This document shows, piece by piece, positions 30,138 through 38,739 of a DNA stretch of 64,000 nucleotides. Both the position numbers and the translations under genes were made by a program. Each line of letters starts with the position of its first letter. The first letter of the stretch is position 1. Source of the DNA: Myxococcota bacterium. GTDB lineage: Bacteria > Myxococcota_A > SURF-8. The notes under the pieces are model-generated. The model did not search any database. It saw only the letters and a program-made list of their open reading frames with translations, and had not been told where the DNA came from. The stretch lies in contig OZ223209.1 in NCBI GenBank assembly GCA_965140415.1, forward strand, positions 4,416,001 to 4,480,000, in the 5' to 3' direction.

Positions 30138-30596
30138 ATGATCCCCGACGATGTAGCTGAAGCGCTGTTGGCACAATTGGATCGAAAGCTGAATGGCATC
30201 AATACCCAAAAAGAGCGGGCGGCAATAAGCATGGAACTGATTGCCGAAAAGCTGCCGCACTATCAGTGGGTTGGTGTGTATTGGTTACAGGATGACGAAC
30301 TGCTGCTGGGACCGTTTGTCGGAGCGGAGACAGAGCACCGGCGTATCCCTGTGGGACAGGGCGTCTGCGGTTCGGCGGTTTCAGAAAACAAAAACCAGGT
30401 CGTGGACGACGTGCGGGAGTTGTCGAATTATCTGGCGTGCAGCCTGCAAACGCGCTCGGAAATCGTGGTTCTGATTCGGGATGAACAAGGAAAGATTATC
30501 GGCCAGATCGACGCCGACGGTCATCGGGTCCATGATTTCGATGCCACTGACGAAGCGTTTTTGCAGCAGGTAGCCAGTCGTATCGCGGCAGTGTGA
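30138..30596 (+). CDS. GAF-domain protein (free Met-(R)-sulfoxide reductase-like)
   Basis: WVGVY, LGPFVG, GQGVCG, NYLACS..SEIVV, GQIDAD. Confidence 0.85.
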   Translation: MIPDDVAEALLAQLDRKLNGINTQKERAAISMELIAEKLPHYQWVGVYWLQDDELLLGPFVGAETEHRRIPVGQGVCGSAVSENKNQVVDDVRELSNYLACSLQTRSEIVVLIRDEQGKIIGQIDADGHRVHDFDATDEAFLQQVASRIAAV

Positions 30597-30660
30597 GGAT
30601 AGAACCGGAAGAAAGTATTGGTTTTAATCCCAAAATCGGGCAGCGGCACGGAAGAACAAG

Positions 30661-30866
30661 AATCCACAAGACTCACCATCAAGGAAGGGTTTCCCTTCCG
30701 CCTTCCGTCACCTGCCACGCATCATCGTCGGCTTGTACCGGGGCGCGCGCAGCCGTCAAGGCTATATGAACGTCGCTGCGCTCCGGCCTTGACTGCCGCT
30801 TGCTAACACCCCGGTTTTTCAAGCCTTATGATGCGAGGCGGCTCCGTCGGGGAAGGGAATAGGAAG
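30661..30866. repeat. MITE/REP-like composite palindromic element, copy 2
   Basis: Shares both ends with 6174-6374; nested inverted repeats (gcatcat/atgatgc, ggcttg/caagcc, accgggg/ccccggt, gtcaagg/ccttgac). Confidence 0.75.
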
Positions 30867-30949
30867 CGCCCCACACGTTCCATAAGAACAAAAAAACTCC
30901 CCGGAAATGGGAGTCAAAGCAAAAAATATATTCTATAGCCTGGGGCGTC

Positions 30950-30978
30950 TTGACTTTATCCGTCTTGATTGCTAGGCT
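30950..30978 (+). promoter_or_regulatory. sigma70-like promoter
   Basis: TTGACT-17bp-TAGGCT. Confidence 0.55.
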
Positions 30979-31076
30979 TGCGCCAAGTTCCCGGCAGGTG
31001 AAGTCGCAGGTATCTCAAGTGTGATTTCTCTGCCTAGGTTGGATACGAATTGTGGGTAATCCCCGGAGAATGTACG

Positions 31077-31610
31077 GTGCAATCCGAAACAAGCAAACGC
31101 TATCCCGTATCACGTGCGATCGTCTATTCGCTGGTCGGCGTGATACTGTTCTGGGTCTTTTTCAGCATGGCTTTTTCGATCGGCTACAGCGTTTTCTGGG
31201 AACGTGAACGCAAAAGCGCCATCCCAAGTGAGTCCTTCGTGCCATTGCAGACCTTGCAGCAGGTCCAGGAATGCCGCTGGGGCGTTCAGCGTTTTCATTC
31301 CGATCTGATGTTCAACGTGCAGCGTTTCGCCAAGCGCTACCGCCAGGAACCATTGTCTTCGATGGAAACCTGGACCCGCTGGGAAAAGAAATGGCGAGAG
31401 GATTTCAAGGAATTCGGTAAGCGCTACGGACTGATGAAGGCACGCACCGACAACAAACGACAGCAGAAATTGAGTAAAATCTACCTGGAGCTCAAGCAGT
31501 TACAGGAAGGCTATTCGTACGAATTCCAACGCTTGCTGACACTGTTCAACCAGGATCAGAAGCTGCTGAACGAATCGTTGGAACAACTGGAACGGGAATT
31601 CAGAAACTAA
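31077..31610 (+). CDS. membrane-anchored helical hypothetical protein
   Basis: N-terminal TM and coiled-coil character; GGAG upstream of GTG 31077. Confidence 0.7.
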   Translation: MQSETSKRYPVSRAIVYSLVGVILFWVFFSMAFSIGYSVFWERERKSAIPSESFVPLQTLQQVQECRWGVQRFHSDLMFNVQRFAKRYRQEPLSSMETWTRWEKKWREDFKEFGKRYGLMKARTDNKRQQKLSKIYLELKQLQEGYSYEFQRLLTLFNQDQKLLNESLEQLEREFRN

Positions 31611-31636
31611 GACAGCAACAGGAAGTATTCACGACG

Positions 31637-32410
31637 ATGCGCGTACAGAATCTCTCTTCCGGCAGCAAAGGCAACTGCACTGTCGTTCAATCCGATGGCA
31701 CCACGGTGCTGGTTGATCTGGGGTTAAGCTGCAAGGAAACCGAGCGCCGCATGTCGCTGGCCGGTGTCGATCCCGCCGCAGTCGACGCCATTCTGGTTAC
31801 CCACGAGCATTCCGACCATATTCGAGGTATTCGTGTATTCAGCAAACGCTATAACGTGCCGGTCTGGATCGGAGAACGTGCCCACAAACACATCTACGGA
31901 CCGATGGCCGGCTGGCAGCTCGTCAATTATTTCGAGCCGGGTCACGAATTCCGAGTGGGCTCGATTGCCGTGCGACCCTTTCGCATTCCACACGACACCA
32001 GCGACCCGGTGGCCTTTCGCCTAAGCGACAAGCGCCACAGTTTCGGTATTGCTACAGATCTTGGACATGCACCGGAACTGGTAATCGACCAGCTTCAACA
32101 GGCGGATCTGCTGCTGATCGAATCCAATCACGATGAAAAGATGCTCTGGGACGGTCCCTACCCCTGGGTGCTCAAACGCCGCGTGGCCAGCAAGCACGGG
32201 CATTTAAGCAATGCCCAGTCGGCGGAACTGATCGACCGCTTGTGGCACGACAACCTGCAAGGTGTCATATTGGGGCACTTGTCCGAAGAGAACAACCGCC
32301 CGGAACTGGCCTTGCAGTCGGCACTGGCGGTGCTACAGAACGAACAGCGCCAGACCCCGGTATTCGTAGCTTCGCAGTACGATCCCACCGACGCAGTGGA
32401 GTTGAAGTAG
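31637..32410 (+). CDS. MBL-fold metallo-hydrolase (YycJ/WalJ-like)
   Basis: SSGSKGN, THEHSDH, ESNHD, GHLSN, HLSEENN. Confidence 0.93.
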   Translation: MRVQNLSSGSKGNCTVVQSDGTTVLVDLGLSCKETERRMSLAGVDPAAVDAILVTHEHSDHIRGIRVFSKRYNVPVWIGERAHKHIYGPMAGWQLVNYFEPGHEFRVGSIAVRPFRIPHDTSDPVAFRLSDKRHSFGIATDLGHAPELVIDQLQQADLLLIESNHDEKMLWDGPYPWVLKRRVASKHGHLSNAQSAELIDRLWHDNLQGVILGHLSEENNRPELALQSALAVLQNEQRQTPVFVASQYDPTDAVELK

Positions 32411-32585
32411 GTACGAGAACAGATATCATTCATTTCTGTCCATCTAATAATCATGATGTGCCATAGTCTCACGGAATGGAAATTCCGGGAGGCCGTGTGT
32501 AACCCATTGAAGACACACAGCCTTCCACGATCTTCGATCGCGTAAGGCTAGAGGAGTTATTATCCATTATTAGCAATGTCTTCCT

Positions 32586-32651
32586 GTAGCGGCGGAGCGT
32601 AAGCCCGCCGAAAAACACCTTGAAAACGGCGGGCTTACGCTCCGCCGCTAC
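32586..32651. repeat. GTAG-type REP doublet (REPIN-like)
   Basis: Perfect 25-bp inverted repeat GTAGCGGCGGAGCGTAAGCCCGCCG / CGGCGGGCTTACGCTCCGCCGCTAC with a 16-bp spacer. Confidence 0.85.
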
Positions 32652-32751
32652 GGGAAATCAAAAGAACGAATCGCTAAAAATGAGTAAGAACCGGTATATG
32701 CCACAAAATCATAAAATCAGTATACCACGAATAATCAAAAAGCATAAAAGC

Positions 32752-32776
32752 CAAAAAGCAGGACGACGCCTGCTCC
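32752..32776 (-). terminator. intrinsic terminator after the RHS gene
   Basis: Minus strand AGCAGG-cgtcgt-CCTGCT followed by tttt. Confidence 0.6.
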
Positions 32777-32801
32777 TTGGAAGAATCATGGATGACCCGG
32801 G

Positions 32802-35800
32802 CTAATCGCAGGGATCGTCTTTATCCTTTTTGTCATTATCCTTATCTTTGTCTTTTCCGCTGACCATGTCCCAGAAACCTTCTACGTTTTTCATGACTTT
32901 GCGGAAAGCCGGGCTCTTGTCCAGGAAGGTGACCGAGGCGATCTTGCGCATGCCGTGCGAGCCGTTGTGGCGGGCGTCGCCGCGCTTGTATCCGCTCAGT
33001 CCATCATACATCTGCCAGGCGGTGCCTGCCGGTCCCATGGCCGTTTGCATACCACCTTTGATCTGACCACCCGCAAAACTGGCCGCATTACCGGCTCCAC
33101 CTTTCAGTCCAAGCGGATCGCTGCATTGATACGGTTTGCCGTCACAGTACATGTAAGGTTCCAGCTTCAACTGCCAAACCGGATCGCGGCTGATGAACTG
33201 CCCGATTTCGGGATCGTAATAGCGGCTGCGCATGTAGTACAACCCGATTTCTTCCAACCATAACGCACCGGCAAAACGACGCGGCTGATCCGCTATCGCT
33301 CCGCTGGAGGCCAGCAGACGACCATAGGGATCGTAGCGATACCGCGCGACGCGATTACCGCTGTTGTTGAAGAGCGCACGCACGCTGCCGTTTGGATCGA
33401 TGAGCGCGTAATAGTTTGTATTTCCCTGCCGGATAACCGCCACGCCATCCAAACCCAGTGACGGCATATAGCTTCGAATCACATCACCGTTGTCGTCGAA
33501 TTCCGCCAACAGGACGTAATCGATCCACTGATAGCTGCGACTGCTGCCGTCCACATCGACGCGACTCAGCCGCTGCAAAGGATCGTAGGACAAGACAACC
33601 GTACTGTATGGCGACGCGGCGCTTTGATCGGTATATTTCTGCACCTGTAACAACTGCCCGATGGCATTGAATTCGTAGACCCAGCGCTCATTGCTGTTCT
33701 GATCGATGCGCTCTTTTCTTGCTCCGCTATCGGAGTAGCTGTAGTCGGCCAGATCGGTGCTCGTGACGCGCCAGTCGTCATCGTAAACGAAAGCACCGGC
33801 ATACGAAGATTGCTGGATGCGCCCGCCGTCGTCGTAAGCAAAGGTAACGGTTTCCGGCCCGGCCTGACTGGTGATGCGGCCATTGGCGTCGTATTGGAAA
33901 GCCAAGGTATCCAACGCCTGGGCATCGGATTCAATGCGCTTCGGCTCCCGATTTCCATTCTTGTAAGTATAGGTCAGATATCCGCTGTTGGCGTAGCTGG
34001 ACCAGCTCAAGTAGTCCACGCGGCGAGCGGCGTCCAGCGTGAGATATTCGGAAAGCACCCAGTCGCCGTTGCTATTGGAAATGTCGATGGAAGATAATTG
34101 TCCATATTCCACAACTGCGCGCACTTCCACGCCATCACCGGAGATCGTCTGATCGGTATCGCCATAGCCGCCGTGACTGAAATCCCAATGGGTATTGAAG
34201 CCGGTGTCGAGGCTCTGAATCTGCCCCGTTTCCGCATTGTAGGGAGAATTGAAGCTGGTGACTTGCCCGCTTGCTTTATGCGTGACGGTTTCGCTGACCG
34301 TGTGGTTTTCTTCGCCGCTGTAGTCGCGCGTCCATTCGATGCGATATTCCGGCGATTCCGCCAGCACCAGGTGGTGCCGGTCATTGTATTGATAGGTGGT
34401 GGTTGCACCATCAAGTGTCATACCGGTCAACAGATTGTTTTGATCGTAGCTATAACCAACCTGCTTGCCTGCGGCGTCGGTAACATTGGAAAGAAGCCGG
34501 TTGCCATTGTAGTTGTACTGGTCGGAGTGCCCCAGCGGCGTGGTGACGCCGCCGAGATTGCCGTCCGCCAGAATTTGAGAGGACCAGTCGTTGCCAAAGG
34601 GATCGGTGATGGTTTCCAGCAGATCCCGGCCCGACGTTTCACAGCCGTCGCAGGTCGCAGAGCGAGCGAGGGCGGCGGAAAACACAGACCCACCCGGCTC
34701 GGTGTAGGAGGTCATGACGTTGTTGTGGCTGTAGCCGTATTGGAACTGGCGACCGGCGGTATCCGTAAGTTGCGTGAGGTTTCCTGCTGCGTCGCGCTGC
34801 ATCACGATGTCGTAACCGAGCGGATCGGTGATATTGGTAATGTTACCGAACGCATCCGATGTCATGCTGTAGGTTTCGCCGCTGCTATCTTCCAAATCGG
34901 TCAACTGGCCATCGTCATCATAGTAGAAATAGGTGCTTTCGCCGTTGCAGTAATACTCGGTGTAATCGTCTTCCTCGTAGACACTGCAATATTCACTGCG
35001 GAAGTGATGCTCCTCTTCGTTCCACTCCTCATCGTAGGTGGAATTAGAAACTTCAACACCGTAGAGTTCCAGATGCACCAGGCGTCCCAGAGGATCGCGG
35101 GTCGCCTGGCTGATCTCTTGCTCCCCCTTGCGAACGGTGGCCGTGATCTGTCCGTTGAGAGGGTTATATGCACGGTTGATCTGTAGCTCATCACCATTTA
35201 GTCGATAACGGTCCGGCTGACCATTCAAGGCGTAATGAGTTTCATGCTTGTGGCCTTCGCCATCGATATAAGTGGCCCAGCAGTCGGCGCAGATGCCATC
35301 GGGTTGGGCGGCTTGCAATAAGCTGGTGAAAGAGCGAGTCTCACCGGTGTCCAGGCTGATTTGCGAGATGCTTCCAATGGTATCCCACTGATAGTCGATT
35401 TCTCCCGCGCCGCCGCTGCGTCCGGTCATGTGACCACTCTCGTCGTACTCGAACAGGGTTTCGTTTCCGTCCGCGTCACTGATGCGGGTCAACTGACCAT
35501 CGGCATCGACGGTGACCATGCGCGTGCGTCCCGCCGGATCGGTGATGCCGCTCAAGTATCCATTAGTATAACTGAATGTGGTTTCTTTTCCGAAACGGCT
35601 GGTGTAGCTGCTCAAGCGACCATCGGCATAACTGTATGTAGCCTGACGGCCTTTGCTGTCGGTGAGGTTGGTCAACTGCCCCTGGGCGTTGAAGTAGCGT
35701 GTTTCCCCTGCTCCGCTCATTCTGTAACCGCTGCCATCGGATTCGATGCGCAATGGCAGATCGGAAAAGATGCCGACCGAGTAATCACCGGGCACGAGCG

Positions 35801-38423
35801 AGAAGCGATAGTCATCGTTGCTGTAGGCGGCATAGAGCACCTCGCCTTGCGTATCGAACCCCACGCCCTCTATGATCTGATTTCCGAATTGGGTGACTTG
35901 TTCGAAACGGGTGTTTGCCAGTACGGACAGGATTCCTTGAGGCGAGATCCGAATCACTTTTTCGCCGGAGAGAATATAACTGTCGCCTTTGGGACCGCGT
36001 CGCATCAAAACGCGACTGTCATCGACAAAGGCTTCTTCCTTCATCACCACGCTTTCGTTCAATCCGGCGATATCGAAGCGACGCAACAGGTCTTCGGAGT
36101 AGAACAGGTAGTATATGGCGTGCTCGGCCTCATCGTAGGCCATCGTGGCGGGAATCTGGAATTCGGTCAGTTGCATCAACGGACTGGCTAAAAAAGTCGG
36201 TTCTGCGGTTGAAATATCCACACGGATCATCAGGGGGCGCGTGGAGAAGCTGCCATCTTCACCGTATACGATGCCTACACCCATCATCCAGATGTAGCCG
36301 TTTTTGTCGGCGATCATACCGGCTTCTGGATAGAGCACGTCGATGTTCGTCAGTTCGCCATCCAATTGGCTCATGACCTGTTGCATCATGTAGGTTTCGC
36401 CGATTGTGGAGAGCAACTCAATAGTATTTGGGTAGCTGATCCGATGTAACGCGGCATCGGAATCGACCGCCAGGATATCCTCGCCGTAGGGAATCAGATC
36501 GTAAACATCCAGGCCATCGGTTTCGAGAAGTTCGACCTGCCCCGCATTTTGCAGTGAATCGGCAATATAGATTTCCCCATCTTCATTGAGCAGGTACAGG
36601 TGCCCCTGGCTGTCGAATTCGATCGATACCAGTTTCTGACCGATGTCGTCGGGCAGATCCAGGCCCTCGGTAGTAGGGAGACCGGTCATAAAGACTCTCG
36701 GGCGACGGTCGCCGCGTCGCCACAACCCTAGCCCCAGTTGGTCGTTGAATTGCAACGATTCCTGCACGCTGATTTCCCAGCCTGTACCGAAGGGATTGTC
36801 GGCAGGACTATCCACGATGGCCGGAACGGCTTTGCGCACGGAAAATGGCAGCGCTTCTCGCGTGGGAACGCCGGAATCTTCCAGACCGCCGCCGCCGAAT
36901 ACGGAGGCGGACATGTAGGTGGAACGCTCGAACTTGGTGATTTCTACCGCCGCCGGAACGATACCGTCGGCTACCGTTGTGCCATCCGGCGTTTTGTTCT
37001 TAAAGCGCGCAGCGATCAGAAACTCTCCACCTTCACTTGCGACGGTAGACAATTCCTGGCGATTTCCGGCAAGATCCACCGTGGCACTGATGCGCTCGAT
37101 GCCGTCGGTGCTGTTAGCGTCGATGGGCACCGCAACGTCGATCTCACCCGCCGCACGACCGCTGTTGTACATCAAATGCAGGGTGCTCTGCTCGTTATCT
37201 TCCCTGTAGCTGCTGGCAGGATGATAAAGGGAGAGCTGGCCGCTGATATCGTCTACGATAGAGGAACCGCGCGTTCCCTTTTCGCAGTCGTCCTTGTCGT
37301 TGTTACCGTTACTGGCCTGATCGCGCGGATCGACCGGTGCGTTTAGATCGTATGGTGAAAAGTGGTTGGTCGTAAACTCCAGCCACTGACCATCTTCGGA
37401 AACCACCGCCATGGTGCTCGGTTCCCAGGCACCTTTATCGCGATTGTAATAGCCGACCGGAACGCTGTATCCCGGCGGGAAGCCGTTGACGTTCTCCTGC
37501 CGGATGACGACCGGTTGCTCGAACCGCACACCCTCTGGCGAGGCTTCAAAGGCCTGCGTCCATCCGCTGGAATCGGGAAGCTGACCGGGCAGGCTGCGAT
37601 ACTCCGGAAAACTGATGGCCGAGACTTCGACCTCGCGCTTAACCGCATTTCCCGTCGCTTCAATGGCGATATCTCCAACACTGTTTTCCAACGCGCCACC
37701 GCTTTCGGGACTGAAAGTCGCGGTTTTACTGTCGGTCTGAACCAGATAGGCCGGGGTAAGCGAGTGATGCCGACCGGATTCCGCCGTAACCCAACGCTGG
37801 GCCAGCGTATAGCCTTCGTGCTCCAGCGTGATCAACGTGCGACCGGCTGGCACGGGCAGGGAAAATTGACCGGATGCATCACTGGTAGCCACGCCGCTGA
37901 CATTGCGCACGAAGACCTTGACACCCGAGAGCGGCACCTCGCTGCCTTCCGCAAAAACCGAACCGTGCACCGTAGCGGCATTCGCCATACTCTGGATACC
38001 GGTTTCCGCATACGTTACCGAAACGGATTCCGATATGGTTTCAAAACCGTTTCCATCTTTTACGGATACCCGAATGCTGTTTTCGCCCTCTTCCATCGGA
38101 ACGTAGCGCCGATACTTGCCGGATGAAAGCTCGGTAGCCGGATAGTAGCGTTCGCCGTTGGCGATCCAGGCATCGATGGGAGCATCGCAGTCCGTTACCG
38201 AAAAGACAACGAGTAATTCTTTTTCGTTGGTCTGATCGGGTAGATCCTCTATCGTGATGCCACCGAAACAGGGGCCTCCGGGACGCTCATCGCTGTAGTC
38301 GCCATCAACACCGTCGCCATCGGCGTTATTGTCTCCTCCTCCACCACAACCAGGCGCAGCCCAGATCATGAAAAAAGTGAACGTGAAAAGCAGAGCAGCG
38401 AAACGCCGTGAAAATGTAGTCAT
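32802..38423 (-). CDS. teneurin-like RHS/YD-repeat lipoprotein
   Basis: Lipobox APGC, carboxypeptidase-regulatory-like domain, HFS motif, propeller-like region, YD repeats, RHS core GLYYMRSRYYDPEIGQFISRDP..PYQCSDPLG; alternative start GTG 38435. Confidence 0.9.
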   Translation of the reverse strand: MTTFSRRFAALLFTFTFFMIWAAPGCGGGGDNNADGDGVDGDYSDERPGGPCFGGITIEDLPDQTNEKELLVVFSVTDCDAPIDAWIANGERYYPATELSSGKYRRYVPMEEGENSIRVSVKDGNGFETISESVSVTYAETGIQSMANAATVHGSVFAEGSEVPLSGVKVFVRNVSGVATSDASGQFSLPVPAGRTLITLEHEGYTLAQRWVTAESGRHHSLTPAYLVQTDSKTATFSPESGGALENSVGDIAIEATGNAVKREVEVSAISFPEYRSLPGQLPDSSGWTQAFEASPEGVRFEQPVVIRQENVNGFPPGYSVPVGYYNRDKGAWEPSTMAVVSEDGQWLEFTTNHFSPYDLNAPVDPRDQASNGNNDKDDCEKGTRGSSIVDDISGQLSLYHPASSYREDNEQSTLHLMYNSGRAAGEIDVAVPIDANSTDGIERISATVDLAGNRQELSTVASEGGEFLIAARFKNKTPDGTTVADGIVPAAVEITKFERSTYMSASVFGGGGLEDSGVPTREALPFSVRKAVPAIVDSPADNPFGTGWEISVQESLQFNDQLGLGLWRRGDRRPRVFMTGLPTTEGLDLPDDIGQKLVSIEFDSQGHLYLLNEDGEIYIADSLQNAGQVELLETDGLDVYDLIPYGEDILAVDSDAALHRISYPNTIELLSTIGETYMMQQVMSQLDGELTNIDVLYPEAGMIADKNGYIWMMGVGIVYGEDGSFSTRPLMIRVDISTAEPTFLASPLMQLTEFQIPATMAYDEAEHAIYYLFYSEDLLRRFDIAGLNESVVMKEEAFVDDSRVLMRRGPKGDSYILSGEKVIRISPQGILSVLANTRFEQVTQFGNQIIEGVGFDTQGEVLYAAYSNDDYRFSLVPGDYSVGIFSDLPLRIESDGSGYRMSGAGETRYFNAQGQLTNLTDSKGRQATYSYADGRLSSYTSRFGKETTFSYTNGYLSGITDPAGRTRMVTVDADGQLTRISDADGNETLFEYDESGHMTGRSGGAGEIDYQWDTIGSISQISLDTGETRSFTSLLQAAQPDGICADCWATYIDGEGHKHETHYALNGQPDRYRLNGDELQINRAYNPLNGQITATVRKGEQEISQATRDPLGRLVHLELYGVEVSNSTYDEEWNEEEHHFRSEYCSVYEEDDYTEYYCNGESTYFYYDDDGQLTDLEDSSGETYSMTSDAFGNITNITDPLGYDIVMQRDAAGNLTQLTDTAGRQFQYGYSHNNVMTSYTEPGGSVFSAALARSATCDGCETSGRDLLETITDPFGNDWSSQILADGNLGGVTTPLGHSDQYNYNGNRLLSNVTDAAGKQVGYSYDQNNLLTGMTLDGATTTYQYNDRHHLVLAESPEYRIEWTRDYSGEENHTVSETVTHKASGQVTSFNSPYNAETGQIQSLDTGFNTHWDFSHGGYGDTDQTISGDGVEVRAVVEYGQLSSIDISNSNGDWVLSEYLTLDAARRVDYLSWSSYANSGYLTYTYKNGNREPKRIESDAQALDTLAFQYDANGRITSQAGPETVTFAYDDGGRIQQSSYAGAFVYDDDWRVTSTDLADYSYSDSGARKERIDQNSNERWVYEFNAIGQLLQVQKYTDQSAASPYSTVVLSYDPLQRLSRVDVDGSSRSYQWIDYVLLAEFDDNGDVIRSYMPSLGLDGVAVIRQGNTNYYALIDPNGSVRALFNNSGNRVARYRYDPYGRLLASSGAIADQPRRFAGALWLEEIGLYYMRSRYYDPEIGQFISRDPVWQLKLEPYMYCDGKPYQCSDPLGLKGGAGNAASFAGGQIKGGMQTAMGPAGTAWQMYDGLSGYKRGDARHNGSHGMRKIASVTFLDKSPAFRKVMKNVEGFWDMVSGKDKDKDNDKKDKDDPCD

Positions 38424-38560
38424 TATCAACCCCACGCAATTGTTTCTCTAAATGGATTATCCCACGGTTTGCATCTTACCGACACCCGTTAGATTGTCAA
38501 CGCCTGAAATTATTCAAGTTATTTTTAGGTGAGAAGCAAAATTGTACGTTGTATCTGATC

Positions 38561-38680
38561 ATGTAGGGGAAGGTGTAGCGAGTGAAACAAGCGGAGCCCC
38601 CACAAAGAAAGAGGTGAACCTGAATTCGCCGAGAAAACGGGGAGTTCCGTTTGCTAACGCTCACTTCCCTCTCCTCTATG
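38561..38680. repeat. long imperfect hairpin, REP-like inverted pair
   Basis: ggaaggtgtagcg pairs with cgctcacttcc and aagcggagcccc with ggggagttccgttt; begins with GTAG. Confidence 0.55.
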
Positions 38681-38739
38681 TCTGCTAGTTGATCATTCAC
38701 GCAGATTTCCGACAAATGCACACTTAAAAATTCCTGCCC

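Noticed and set aside
38561-38680. 6S RNA
   Set aside because: Too short, lacks the usual gene context, and its arms look like REP motifs.
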